Assembly: GCA_035493035.1 (NCBI GenBank)
Contig: DATJIS010000011.1
Location: 11,470-75,469 of the forward strand
DNA length: 64,000 nucleotides
Origin: Casimicrobiaceae bacterium
GTDB taxonomy: Bacteria > Pseudomonadota > Gammaproteobacteria > Burkholderiales > Casimicrobiaceae
Reading direction: 5' to 3'
Made by a program: the position numbers and the translations under genes. Positions 20,655 to 30,669 of the stretch are shown here, piece after piece; positions within the stretch are counted from its first letter, which is position 1, and each line of letters starts with the position of its first letter. The notes under the pieces were generated by a model. It had not been told where the DNA came from and did not search any database. It saw only the letters and a list, made by a program, of their open reading frames with translations.

Positions 20655-21431
20655 ATGAGGATCATCACCTGCAACGTCAACGGGCTCCGTGCGGCGGAAC
20701 GCAAGGGTTTCGCGCGCTGGCTCGCGCGCGTCGAGCCGTGGGACGTCGTGTGCGTGCAGGAGATCAAATGCGTCGACGCCGACGTTCCGCGCAACCTGCG
20801 CTCGCCGCGCAAGTCGTACGCGGCGTTCCATCATGCCGAGCGCAAGGGCTACAGCGGCGTGGCGTTGTATGCGAAGCGCCCGCATCGCGCCGCAGGCGGA
20901 TTCGGCCACGTCGAGTTCGACCCCGAGGGCCGCTACCTCCAGGCGGACTTCGACGCGCTGTCCGTCATCAGCGTGTACCTGCCGAGCGGGTCGAGCGGAC
21001 CGCACCGGCAGGCCTCGAAGTTCCGCTTTCTGGACGCCTTCCTGCCGCATCTCGAGCAACTCGTCCGATCGGGCCGCGAGGTGATCCTGTGCGGCGACTG
21101 GAACATCGCGCACCAGCCGATCGATCTTCGCAACTGGCGTGCGAACCAGAAGAACTCGGGCTTCCTGCCCGAGGAGCGCGCGTGGCTCACGCGCGTCTTC
21201 GAGGATCTGGGTTTCGTCGACGTGTTCCGCAAGGTCGATCCGCGTCCCGATCAGTACACGTGGTGGTCGAACCGCGGCCAGGCGTGGGCGAAGAACGTCG
21301 GATGGCGCATCGACTACCAGATCGCCACGCCGGGCATCGCGACCACCGCGCGCGCCGCCTCGATCTACAAGAACCGGCGTTTCTCCGACCACGCGCCGTT
21401 GATCATCGATTACGACTTCGAGCTGCGGTGA
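20655..21431 (+). CDS. xth: Exodeoxyribonuclease III
   Basis: Internal ATG of ORF 20532..21431. Reads MRIITCNVNGLRAAERKGF...VVCVQEIK, ...GDWNIAH... and ...SDHAPLIIDY. Confidence 0.9.
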   Translation: MRIITCNVNGLRAAERKGFARWLARVEPWDVVCVQEIKCVDADVPRNLRSPRKSYAAFHHAERKGYSGVALYAKRPHRAAGGFGHVEFDPEGRYLQADFDALSVISVYLPSGSSGPHRQASKFRFLDAFLPHLEQLVRSGREVILCGDWNIAHQPIDLRNWRANQKNSGFLPEERAWLTRVFEDLGFVDVFRKVDPRPDQYTWWSNRGQAWAKNVGWRIDYQIATPGIATTARAASIYKNRRFSDHAPLIIDYDFELR

Positions 21432-21469
21432 TCTCGATGTCGCGTGCGACCGACCCGTAGGACCTCGCC

Positions 21470-23416
<1,947 letters not shown>

Positions 23417-23439
23417 CGCGCGCAGCGAGTCGCGTGCAG

Positions 23440-24198
23440 TCAGCCGATCGACGGACCCGGCCGGTAGAACAGGTACACCGCGAAGCCCAGCGTGTCGCGT
23501 CCCCAGCGCAGATACGCGTCGCGCCAGCGCCGGCTGCGATCGAGCATGGCCTTCGCGTCGGGGTCGTCCGGCTGCTGGCGCACGTAGCGCTCGATCGAGC
23601 GGTTGTACTTCCACTCGTATTCGTCCCATTCGTCCGGCGATGCGGTCGCTGCATGCATGGGAACGAGGCCCGCCTCGATGCCCGCATTCACGTTGCCGCG
23701 ATGGTCGAGGAACTGCGAGTCGGGGCCGCCGAGCAACGCGAGGTACTCGGCGTTCGGACGCGCGCGCCAATAGCCTTCACCGATCAGCACGTAACCGCCC
23801 GACTTCGTCCACGTCTTCAGCTGGCGGCAGATGCCGCCCATGCCGCCAGGAATCCCGCCGCCGCCAAGCATCACCGAAAGATGGAACGTCTCCGGGTCGG
23901 CCTGGAAGTCGCGGATGTCGGTGTCGTCGAGGTGCAGCTTGCCGAGCGCGCCCGTCCATTCGGCACGCTCGCGCGCGGCATCCAGCATGTACGAAGAGTG
24001 GTCGATCGCGACCACCGTCGAACCGAAGCGCTCGATGATGCGCAGGCTGAGCTCGGCACGTCCGCAGCCGAGATCGAGCACGCGCGACGATTCGTCGAGC
24101 GGCAGAAGATCGAGCACCCGCTCGATCTTCGCGGCCGAGATGGGATTGCAGTAGTCGTGATCGCGGTGCGCGATCGCGCTGAATTTCTGTGGGTTCAT
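23440..24198 (-). CDS. Class I SAM-dependent methyltransferase
   Basis: 252 aa. Motif I reads [14 protein letters not shown]. The start overlaps the ampG stop (ATGA). Confidence 0.8.
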   Translation of the reverse strand: MNPQKFSAIAHRDHDYCNPISAAKIERVLDLLPLDESSRVLDLGCGRAELSLRIIERFGSTVVAIDHSSYMLDAARERAEWTGALGKLHLDDTDIRDFQADPETFHLSVMLGGGGIPGGMGGICRQLKTWTKSGGYVLIGEGYWRARPNAEYLALLGGPDSQFLDHRGNVNAGIEAGLVPMHAATASPDEWDEYEWKYNRSIERYVRQQPDDPDAKAMLDRSRRWRDAYLRWGRDTLGFAVYLFYRPGPSIG

Positions 24199-25526
24199 CC
24201 GCCTCCCGCGGAAGGTCCGGCCGGCGCGGCGCCTTGGGACTCCGGCACCCGCTCACGCCAGGGCGCGACACGCAAGAGTAATGCCATCCCGGGCAGCGCG
24301 AGCACTGTGCATAACAGGAAGAAATCCAGCCAGCCGAGGCGCTCGACGATCCAGCCGGTCGAGGCGTTGACGAGCGCGCGCGGCACGACCGCCAGGCTCG
24401 TGAAGAGCGCGAACTGCGTCGCGGTATAGCGGGGGTCGGTGGCACGGGCGATGTAGGCCGTGAACGCGACCGTGCCGAGCCCCACGCCGAGCGCCTCGAA
24501 CGCGATCACGACCGCGAGCAGCACGCGGTCGGGCCGGTGCACGTATGCGAGCCACGCGAACCCGAGGATGGCCACGACCTGCACGGCACCGAAGACCCAC
24601 AGCGCGCGATTGATGCCGATGCGCACCATCCACAGGCCGCCGAGGAGCCCGCCGAGGAGGCTCGTCCACAGGCCGGCGTTCTTGGCGATCACGCCGATGT
24701 CGGTCTTGCTGAAGCCCATGTCGAGATAGAACGGCGTCGCGAGCGCGGTGGCCATCGAGTCGCCGAGCTTGTAGAGGAATATGAACGCGAGCACGAGCAG
24801 CGCCGCGCGAACGCCGTTGCGCGCCAGGAATTCGTGGAAGGGCTCGACGACCGCTTCGCGCAGCGTCGTCGGTCGTCCGTGCACGAGCGCGGGCTCGGAC
24901 ACGAGCAGGGTCATCGCGATGCCGGGCAGCATGAAAAGCGCCGTGATCCCGAAAACCGTCGACCACGGCAGGTGGTCGGCGAGGATCAGCGCGAGCGCGC
25001 CCGGCACGAGGCTCGCGACGCGATACGCGTTGACGTGGATCGACGTTCCGAGGCCGAGCTCGGGGTCGGGAAGGATCTCGCGGCGAAACGCGTCGAGCAC
25101 GATGTCCTGCGATGCCGAGAAGAACGCCACGGCGGCCGAAAGGCCCACGACGCGCCACACATCCGTCGTCGGATCGAGCGCGCCCAGGAGCGGAATGGCT
25201 CCGAGCAGCAGGAGCTGCGTGACCAGCATCCAGCCGCGGCGGCGGCCGAGCAGCGGCAGCGCGTAGCGATCGACGAGCGGCGACCACAGGAATTTCCACG
25301 TGTACGGCAGCTGCACGAGCGTGAAGAAGCCGATCGTCTTGAGGTCGACGCCTTCGGTGCGCAGCCATGCGGGAAGCAGGTTGACGAGCAGCCACAGCGG
25401 CAGGCCCGACGAGAACCCGGTGAACACGCAAATCAGAATGCGCCGGTTGAGCAGCGCCTCGTGCAGCGTTTCGCGAGACTCGGCGCGCGACGACGCCTGC
25501 ACCGGTTCGGAACGCGGTTCCCCCAT
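24195..25526 (-). CDS. ampG: AmpG-family muropeptide MFS permease
   Basis: Internal ATG of ORF 24195..25613. Reads FSSGLPLWLLVNLLPAWLRTEGVDLKTIGFFTLVQLPYTWKFLWSPLVDRY. About 12 TM segments. Confidence 0.85.
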   Translation of the reverse strand: MGEPRSEPVQASSRAESRETLHEALLNRRILICVFTGFSSGLPLWLLVNLLPAWLRTEGVDLKTIGFFTLVQLPYTWKFLWSPLVDRYALPLLGRRRGWMLVTQLLLLGAIPLLGALDPTTDVWRVVGLSAAVAFFSASQDIVLDAFRREILPDPELGLGTSIHVNAYRVASLVPGALALILADHLPWSTVFGITALFMLPGIAMTLLVSEPALVHGRPTTLREAVVEPFHEFLARNGVRAALLVLAFIFLYKLGDSMATALATPFYLDMGFSKTDIGVIAKNAGLWTSLLGGLLGGLWMVRIGINRALWVFGAVQVVAILGFAWLAYVHRPDRVLLAVVIAFEALGVGLGTVAFTAYIARATDPRYTATQFALFTSLAVVPRALVNASTGWIVERLGWLDFFLLCTVLALPGMALLLRVAPWRERVPESQGAAPAGPSAGGG

Positions 25527-25612
25527 CGCCGCGATTCTAACCAGCGATGCCGCGACAGGGTTTCCAGGCGGGCGTAACATCGTCCCGGGCAGCCTCAGGA
25601 GCAAACGCGGCA

Positions 25613-27562
25613 ATGGGCGACGGCGGTCAGACCCAGCGGCTCGCGGCCATCCTGGCTGCCGATGCGGCGGGCTACTCGCGCCTGATGGAGGCCGACGAGC
25701 ACGCGACGCTGGCCGCGCTGGAAGCGGCGCGCGACGTGTTCGTGCGTGCGGCCGCCGCGAATCATGGCCGCGTCGTCAACACCGCGGGCGATTCGGTGCT
25801 CGCGATCTTCGACTCCGCCGCCGGCGCGGTGGCCGCGGCCATCGACGTGCAGCGCGCGCTCGGAGCCGCGCCGCACGAGGCGTCCGCGGATCAGATTCTT
25901 CAGTTTCGTATCGGCGTGCACCTCGGCGACGTCATGCACAGCCCATCAGGCGACGTGCATGGCGACGGCGTCAACATCGCGGCCCGTCTGCAGACGCTGG
26001 CCAAGCCGGGCGGCGTGGTGGTCTCCGAAGCCGTGCGCAGCGCCGTCAAGCAGCGCGTCGCCGTCGACTTCGACGACCTCGGTCGTCAGAAAGCGAAGAA
26101 CATCGCCGAGCCCGTCCGCGCGTTCGCGATACGAATGGGGCAGATCCGCGGTGCTGCGCGTTCACATCCCGTGCTGTCCTTCCGCGCGGTTGCGTACGCC
26201 GGCGTGGCAGTGCTGGTCGCCGTCGCGATCGCGGGGGGCGCCTGGTGGCGGCCGTGGACGGCTTTGCAGCCGCCGGTCGCCGTCACCGCAGCCGGGTCGG
26301 GCGCTGCGCTCTCGGGCAAGCCATCCATCGCGGTGCTGCCCTTCGACAACGTGGGCGGCGAGGCGCAGCAGGCTTATTTCGCCGACGGCATCACCGACGA
26401 CCTCATCACTGATCTGTCCAAGGTGGGCGGCCTTTTCGTCATCGCACGTAACTCGACATTCGCCTATAAGGGCAAATCGCAGGACATCCGCGACATCGGC
26501 AAGGCGCTGGGCGCGCGCTATGTACTCGAAGGAAGCGTACGCCGCTCCGGCGACAGCGTTCGCGTCAATGCGCAGCTCATCGACACCGCCAGCGGCGGAC
26601 ACGTGTGGGCCGATCGCTACGACGGCGACCTTCGCAACATCTTCAGCGTGCAGGACACGATCGCGCGAAGCGTAGCGAAGGCGCTGTCAGTGGAGCTGAC
26701 CAAGGACGAAAGCAACAAGGTCGCCAACCGTGGGACCGGCAACGCGCAGGCCTACGACGTGTTCCTGCGCGGCTGGCAGCATTACCAGCAGCAGACGCCC
26801 GAGGAATTTTCGGCGGCGATCGACGACTTCAAGCAATCGGTCGCGATCGACCCGGCCTACACCCGTGCATACGCGGCGCTCGCCGCGGTCTACTGGGATG
26901 CGTATACGCGCTTCTGGGGTACGCCCGGCGTGGTGTCGAGTAACACACATGACGGCTCGATCACCCACGCCTGGCAGGACTCGCGATACGACGCAGAGCA
27001 GTATCTCGCCAAGGCGATGGCGGCGCCTACGGCGCTCGCGCACGAAGTGGCGAGCGCGATGCTCGTCCAGTCGGGCCAGCACGACGACGCGATTGCGGAG
27101 GCGAGGCGGGCCGTAGAGAGCGACCCAAGCGACGCCGAGGGTCACATCGCGCTCGCGCGCGCGCTATCGTTCGCGGGACAGCCTGCGGAAGCACTCGACG
27201 CCGTCGACCGGGCCATGCGGCTCAATCCGCACTATCCGTCGAGCTACCTGTACCAGCGCGGCCTCGCGCAGTTCGCGCTCGACCGCCTCGTGGACGCGAG
27301 GGAGTCTTTGCAACGCGCCGTCGACGTGAATCCCGACGACTACTGGTCGCGGCGCCTGCTGCTGTCGGTCTATGGGCTCACGGGACGACAAGACGACGCC
27401 GCGCGGCTGATCGCCACGATCAAAACCAGCGATCGCCGCGGGCGATCGTCGAGCTACGATCCGCTCACGATTCGTGCCGTGGCGTACTGGTTTCCCTTCG
27501 CGAAACCGGCGGATGCCAAGCGCTTCGCCTCGGGGCTCGCCAAGGCCGGCGTGCCCGATTGA
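25613..27562 (+). CDS. Class III adenylate/guanylate cyclase domain - TM - TolB_N-like - TPR protein
   Basis: Internal ATG of ORF 25547..27562. The N-terminus reads LAAILAADAAGYSRLM...NTAGDSVLAIF...IGVHLGDV (CHD fold). One TM segment. Then PSIAVLPFDNVGGEAQQAYFADGITDDLITDLSK (TolB-like), followed by C-terminal TPR-like repeats. Confidence 0.8.
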   Translation: MGDGGQTQRLAAILAADAAGYSRLMEADEHATLAALEAARDVFVRAAAANHGRVVNTAGDSVLAIFDSAAGAVAAAIDVQRALGAAPHEASADQILQFRIGVHLGDVMHSPSGDVHGDGVNIAARLQTLAKPGGVVVSEAVRSAVKQRVAVDFDDLGRQKAKNIAEPVRAFAIRMGQIRGAARSHPVLSFRAVAYAGVAVLVAVAIAGGAWWRPWTALQPPVAVTAAGSGAALSGKPSIAVLPFDNVGGEAQQAYFADGITDDLITDLSKVGGLFVIARNSTFAYKGKSQDIRDIGKALGARYVLEGSVRRSGDSVRVNAQLIDTASGGHVWADRYDGDLRNIFSVQDTIARSVAKALSVELTKDESNKVANRGTGNAQAYDVFLRGWQHYQQQTPEEFSAAIDDFKQSVAIDPAYTRAYAALAAVYWDAYTRFWGTPGVVSSNTHDGSITHAWQDSRYDAEQYLAKAMAAPTALAHEVASAMLVQSGQHDDAIAEARRAVESDPSDAEGHIALARALSFAGQPAEALDAVDRAMRLNPHYPSSYLYQRGLAQFALDRLVDARESLQRAVDVNPDDYWSRRLLLSVYGLTGRQDDAARLIATIKTSDRRGRSSSYDPLTIRAVAYWFPFAKPADAKRFASGLAKAGVPD

Positions 27563-27568
27563 AGAAGC

Positions 27569-28399
27569 TCAGAAGCGCGCCGCCTCGCCAGGCTTGAGCT
27601 CGATCATCTTGATAGGCGCATGCCCGAGCGCCGCCTTGAGCTCCGCCGGGGTGCGGTTGATGACGGGAAACGTCCCGTAGTGCATCGGAATTACCTGCTT
27701 AGGATGGATAAGCTCGCGCAGCGCATAGGCTGCACCCTCCGGATCCATGGTGAAGTGCCCGCCGATCGAGACGATCGCGAGGTCCGGCTTGAACATGCGT
27801 CCGATCAGCGCCATGTCCCCGAAGACATCGGTGTCGCCGGAATCGTAGATCGTGAAGCCGTTCTCGAACTCGATCACGTAGCCGACTGCCGTGCCGCCGT
27901 CGAAGAACCGCACTCCGGTGGCGTCGGGCTTCAGGCTCAGCATGTCGATTGACGAGGAATGGTCCGCGTGCACCATGTGGATCTTGATGCCGGGACCCAG
28001 CGGCGCGACCGTGCCGCCCTTGTTGAAGCCGATGGTCTTCGAGGCGTCCAACACTCCGAGCGCAACGAGATTGTTCGCGAGCTCGTAGTTCGCCACCACC
28101 ATCGCGCCGGTGGACTGGGCGAGCTCGACGAGGTCGCCCACATGGTCGGGGTGACCATGCGTAACGAGGATCAGATCGACCTTGCCAATGGCGGCGAGGT
28201 CCTTGTACTTGAGCGGGGTGCGCGGATTCTTCTTCAGGAACGGATCGACAACGATCACCTTGCCGCTCACGCTGGTGATGCGGAAGGTGGCGTGCCCCAG
28301 CCACAGCACCTCGATCTGCTCCGACGCGGCCTGTGCCTGGTGCGCCCACAGCAGGAGGGCGGCCATCACCGTCACGGCCGCCCTGGTCACGAACATCAT
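27569..28399 (-). CDS. Secreted metallo-beta-lactamase-fold hydrolase (UPF0173-like)
   Basis: GGGAGG RBS upstream of the ATG at 28399, followed by a signal peptide. Contains ILVTHGHPDHVGD (HxHxDH) and WLGHATFRI. Confidence 0.8.
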   Translation of the reverse strand: MMFVTRAAVTVMAALLLWAHQAQAASEQIEVLWLGHATFRITSVSGKVIVVDPFLKKNPRTPLKYKDLAAIGKVDLILVTHGHPDHVGDLVELAQSTGAMVVANYELANNLVALGVLDASKTIGFNKGGTVAPLGPGIKIHMVHADHSSSIDMLSLKPDATGVRFFDGGTAVGYVIEFENGFTIYDSGDTDVFGDMALIGRMFKPDLAIVSIGGHFTMDPEGAAYALRELIHPKQVIPMHYGTFPVINRTPAELKAALGHAPIKMIELKPGEAARF

Positions 28400-28459
28400 G
28401 GTGCCTCCCGAGGGCGGTGCGCGGCGAATCATACGCCCGGCGCACGCGGGCCGGCGATG

Positions 28460-30295
28460 CTAGGCGCGACGAAACCGATAGATCGCGAGCTCGCCGCGCG
28501 CATTGGGCGCGAAGTTCACCGGCCGCGCGCGCGACAGCACGACACGATCGACGATGTCGAGGCCGCGCGCGGCGAGGAACGCGTCGAAGTCGGCCACGGT
28601 GCAAAGATGGATGTTCGGCGTGTCGTACCACTGGTACGGCAGCGACTTGGACACGGGCATGCGCCCGCGCAGAATCTGCAATCGGTGCGACCAGTGGCCG
28701 AAGTTCGGAAACGTGATGATCGCCTCGCGCCCGACGCGCAGCATCTCGGCGACGATCTCCTCGATATGTCGCATCGCCTGCAGCGTCTGCGACAGGATCA
28801 CGCAATCGAAGGCGCCGTCGTCGAAGCCCGCGAGACCGCGCTCGAGATCGCTCTGGATCACGTCCACGCCGTTGCGCAGACTGGCGAGCAGGCCGGCTTC
28901 GGCGATCTCGATGCCGTAGCCCGTCGCGCCGCGCGTGCGGCGCAGGTGCGCGAGGAGCGTGCCGTCGCCGCAGCCGAGGTCGAGCACCCGCGCGCCGTGC
29001 CCGATCCAGCCCGCGATGACCGCGTAATCGGCGCGGAGCCCTTCGTCGGCTGGCTGCGGTCCCTCGGAAACCCGGGGCACGGCATGGAGGGTCGTGACGG
29101 GCGTGCGCGGCTCCGGCGGTGACGCCCGCTGCTGCGCGATGCGCTCGAAGTAGCTGCGCACCACCGCGTGGTACTGCGGGTTGTCGAGGAGGAACGCGTC
29201 GTGGCCGTGCGGCGCGACGATCTCGGCGTACGAGACCTCGTGACGGCGGCGCACGAGCGCGCGCACGATCTCGCGCGAGCGCGCCACCGGGAACCGCCAA
29301 TCGGTGGTGAATCCCACCACGAGAAATTGCGAGCGCGCGGGCGCCAGCGCCTGCGCGAGATCGCCGCCGGTCTTCGACGCCGGATCGAAGTAGTCGAGCG
29401 CCTTGGTGATGCGCAGGTACGTGTTCGCGTCGTAGTAGTCCGCGAACTTCTCGCCCTGGTAGCGCAGGTACGACTCGATCTGGAACTCGGGCGCGAAGGA
29501 GAAGCGAAGCCCTTCGCGCAGCTGCCGTCCGAAGCGCGTCTCCATCTGCTCGTCGGACAGGTACGTGATGTGGCCGATCATGCGCGCCACGCGAAGCCCG
29601 CGGCGCGGCTTCGTGCCGTGCGCGTAGAAATGACCGTCGAAGAACTCGGGGTCGGTCATGATGGCCTGGCGTGCGACCTCGTTGAACGCGATGTTCTCCG
29701 CCGAAAGGTTGGGCGCCGCCGCGATCACGAGCGCGTGCCGGATCCGCTCGGGAAAGCGCACCGCCCAGGCGAGCGCCTGCATGCCGCCCAGGCTTCCGCC
29801 CATCACGGCAGCCCATTGCCGGATCCCGAGCCGATCCGCGAGCCGGGCCTGCGCATCGACCCAGTCCTCGACGGTCACGATGGGAAAGTCGCTGCCCCAC
29901 GGCTCTCCGGTGTCGGGATTGATGGACTGCGGCCCCGTGGAGCCGAAGCAGCTTCCGATGTTGTTGACGCCGACGACGTGGAAGCGGTTGGTATCGAGCG
30001 GCTTGCCCGGCCCCACCATGTTGTCCCACCAGCCGACGTTGTCCGGCTCCCCCGCGTACACGCCGGCCACGTGATGCGACGCGTTGAGCGCATGGCAGAT
30101 CAGCACCGCATTGCTGGCGTCCGCGTTGAGCGTGCCGTAGGACTCGTACGCCACGTCGTACGCGGGCAGCGCGCGCCCGCAGGCGAGCGGAAGCGGCTCG
30201 GCGAAGTGCGCGATGCGCGGCTCGACCACGCCGACCGACGTCTCGGGTGCGTGCGCGGTGTCGGCACCGCCGGTGGTAGCTGCAAACGACGCCAT
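28460..30295 (-). CDS. metX-metW: Fused homoserine O-acyltransferase MetX / methionine biosynthesis protein MetW
   Basis: A single 611-aa ORF. Residues 1 to ~387 are MetX (alpha/beta hydrolase, [10 protein letters not shown] nucleophile elbow, GHDAFLLD). A ~32-aa Pro-rich linker follows. The last 192 aa are MetW ([32 protein letters not shown]...). There is no stop codon or frame change between the two parts. Confidence 0.85.
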   Translation of the reverse strand: MASFAATTGGADTAHAPETSVGVVEPRIAHFAEPLPLACGRALPAYDVAYESYGTLNADASNAVLICHALNASHHVAGVYAGEPDNVGWWDNMVGPGKPLDTNRFHVVGVNNIGSCFGSTGPQSINPDTGEPWGSDFPIVTVEDWVDAQARLADRLGIRQWAAVMGGSLGGMQALAWAVRFPERIRHALVIAAAPNLSAENIAFNEVARQAIMTDPEFFDGHFYAHGTKPRRGLRVARMIGHITYLSDEQMETRFGRQLREGLRFSFAPEFQIESYLRYQGEKFADYYDANTYLRITKALDYFDPASKTGGDLAQALAPARSQFLVVGFTTDWRFPVARSREIVRALVRRRHEVSYAEIVAPHGHDAFLLDNPQYHAVVRSYFERIAQQRASPPEPRTPVTTLHAVPRVSEGPQPADEGLRADYAVIAGWIGHGARVLDLGCGDGTLLAHLRRTRGATGYGIEIAEAGLLASLRNGVDVIQSDLERGLAGFDDGAFDCVILSQTLQAMRHIEEIVAEMLRVGREAIITFPNFGHWSHRLQILRGRMPVSKSLPYQWYDTPNIHLCTVADFDAFLAARGLDIVDRVVLSRARPVNFAPNARGELAIYRFRRA

Positions 30296-30343
30296 GCGTG
30301 AAGTCGTTCCCGGAAGCGGGTGCCCGGTGTCTCGACCGTCCTG

Positions 30344-30381
30344 AAATGAAAAACCCGACCAGCTTGGGCTGCGGTCGGGTT
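30344..30381 (-). terminator. Intrinsic terminator (attenuator) inside the metXW 5' leader
   Basis: The minus strand reads AACCCGACC-GCAGCCCAAGCU-GGUCGGGUU followed by UUUCAUUU. It lies about 50 nt upstream of the metXW ATG. Confidence 0.7.
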
Positions 30382-30491
30382 GATACGGCGCTTGCGCCGC
30401 GACAACACCGCTTTAGCCGTATTTGTCGGGCGCGAAACGCGTCGCCCCGCGCCCGCAAGCTGGCTCAAATCGGCGCGTCGCCGCCATTCTA
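30382..30491 (-). promoter_or_regulatory. Structured metXW leader (riboswitch-like, class unassigned) with a candidate -10 TAGAAT
   Basis: TAGAAT lies at 30491..30486 on the minus strand. The hairpin CGCGCC-GAUUUGAGCCAGCUUGCG-GGCGCG follows. Its loop segment GAGCCAGCUUGCGGGC is complementary, with two 1-nt bulges, to GCCCAAGCUGGUC, which overlaps the terminator loop and 3' arm. Confidence 0.4.
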
Positions 30492-30669
30492 CTCCGCTCG
30501 CGATATCGCTCGACGGAGCGCCTCCGCCGGCCCCGCAAGGCCGCTTGCCGACAAACGGCCGCGTTTCGCATTGCCCCGGCCCATGACACTGGAATAATAT
30601 GCCGGCGTCATGGCGCGATCCGTGAGGCGTCGCTGCCCTGCCGAACAACAACGACTCCTGGAGTGGTCC

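Noticed and set aside
30408-30480. Calling the metXW leader a SAM-II riboswitch.
   Set aside because: Only short motif resemblances are present (GAUUU, GCUU, AAAGC). The pseudoknot pairings I could draw are only 4 bp, and the two candidate pairings are mutually incompatible in order. I left it as an unassigned riboswitch-like attenuator pending cmsearch.
30413-30487. A 24-codon ORF (MAATRRFEPACGRGATRFAPDKYG) in the metXW leader as a possible attenuation leader peptide.
   Set aside because: It has no Met (or Cys) codon enrichment and no RBS, and its ATG overlaps the candidate -10 box. The RNA-structure explanation fits better.
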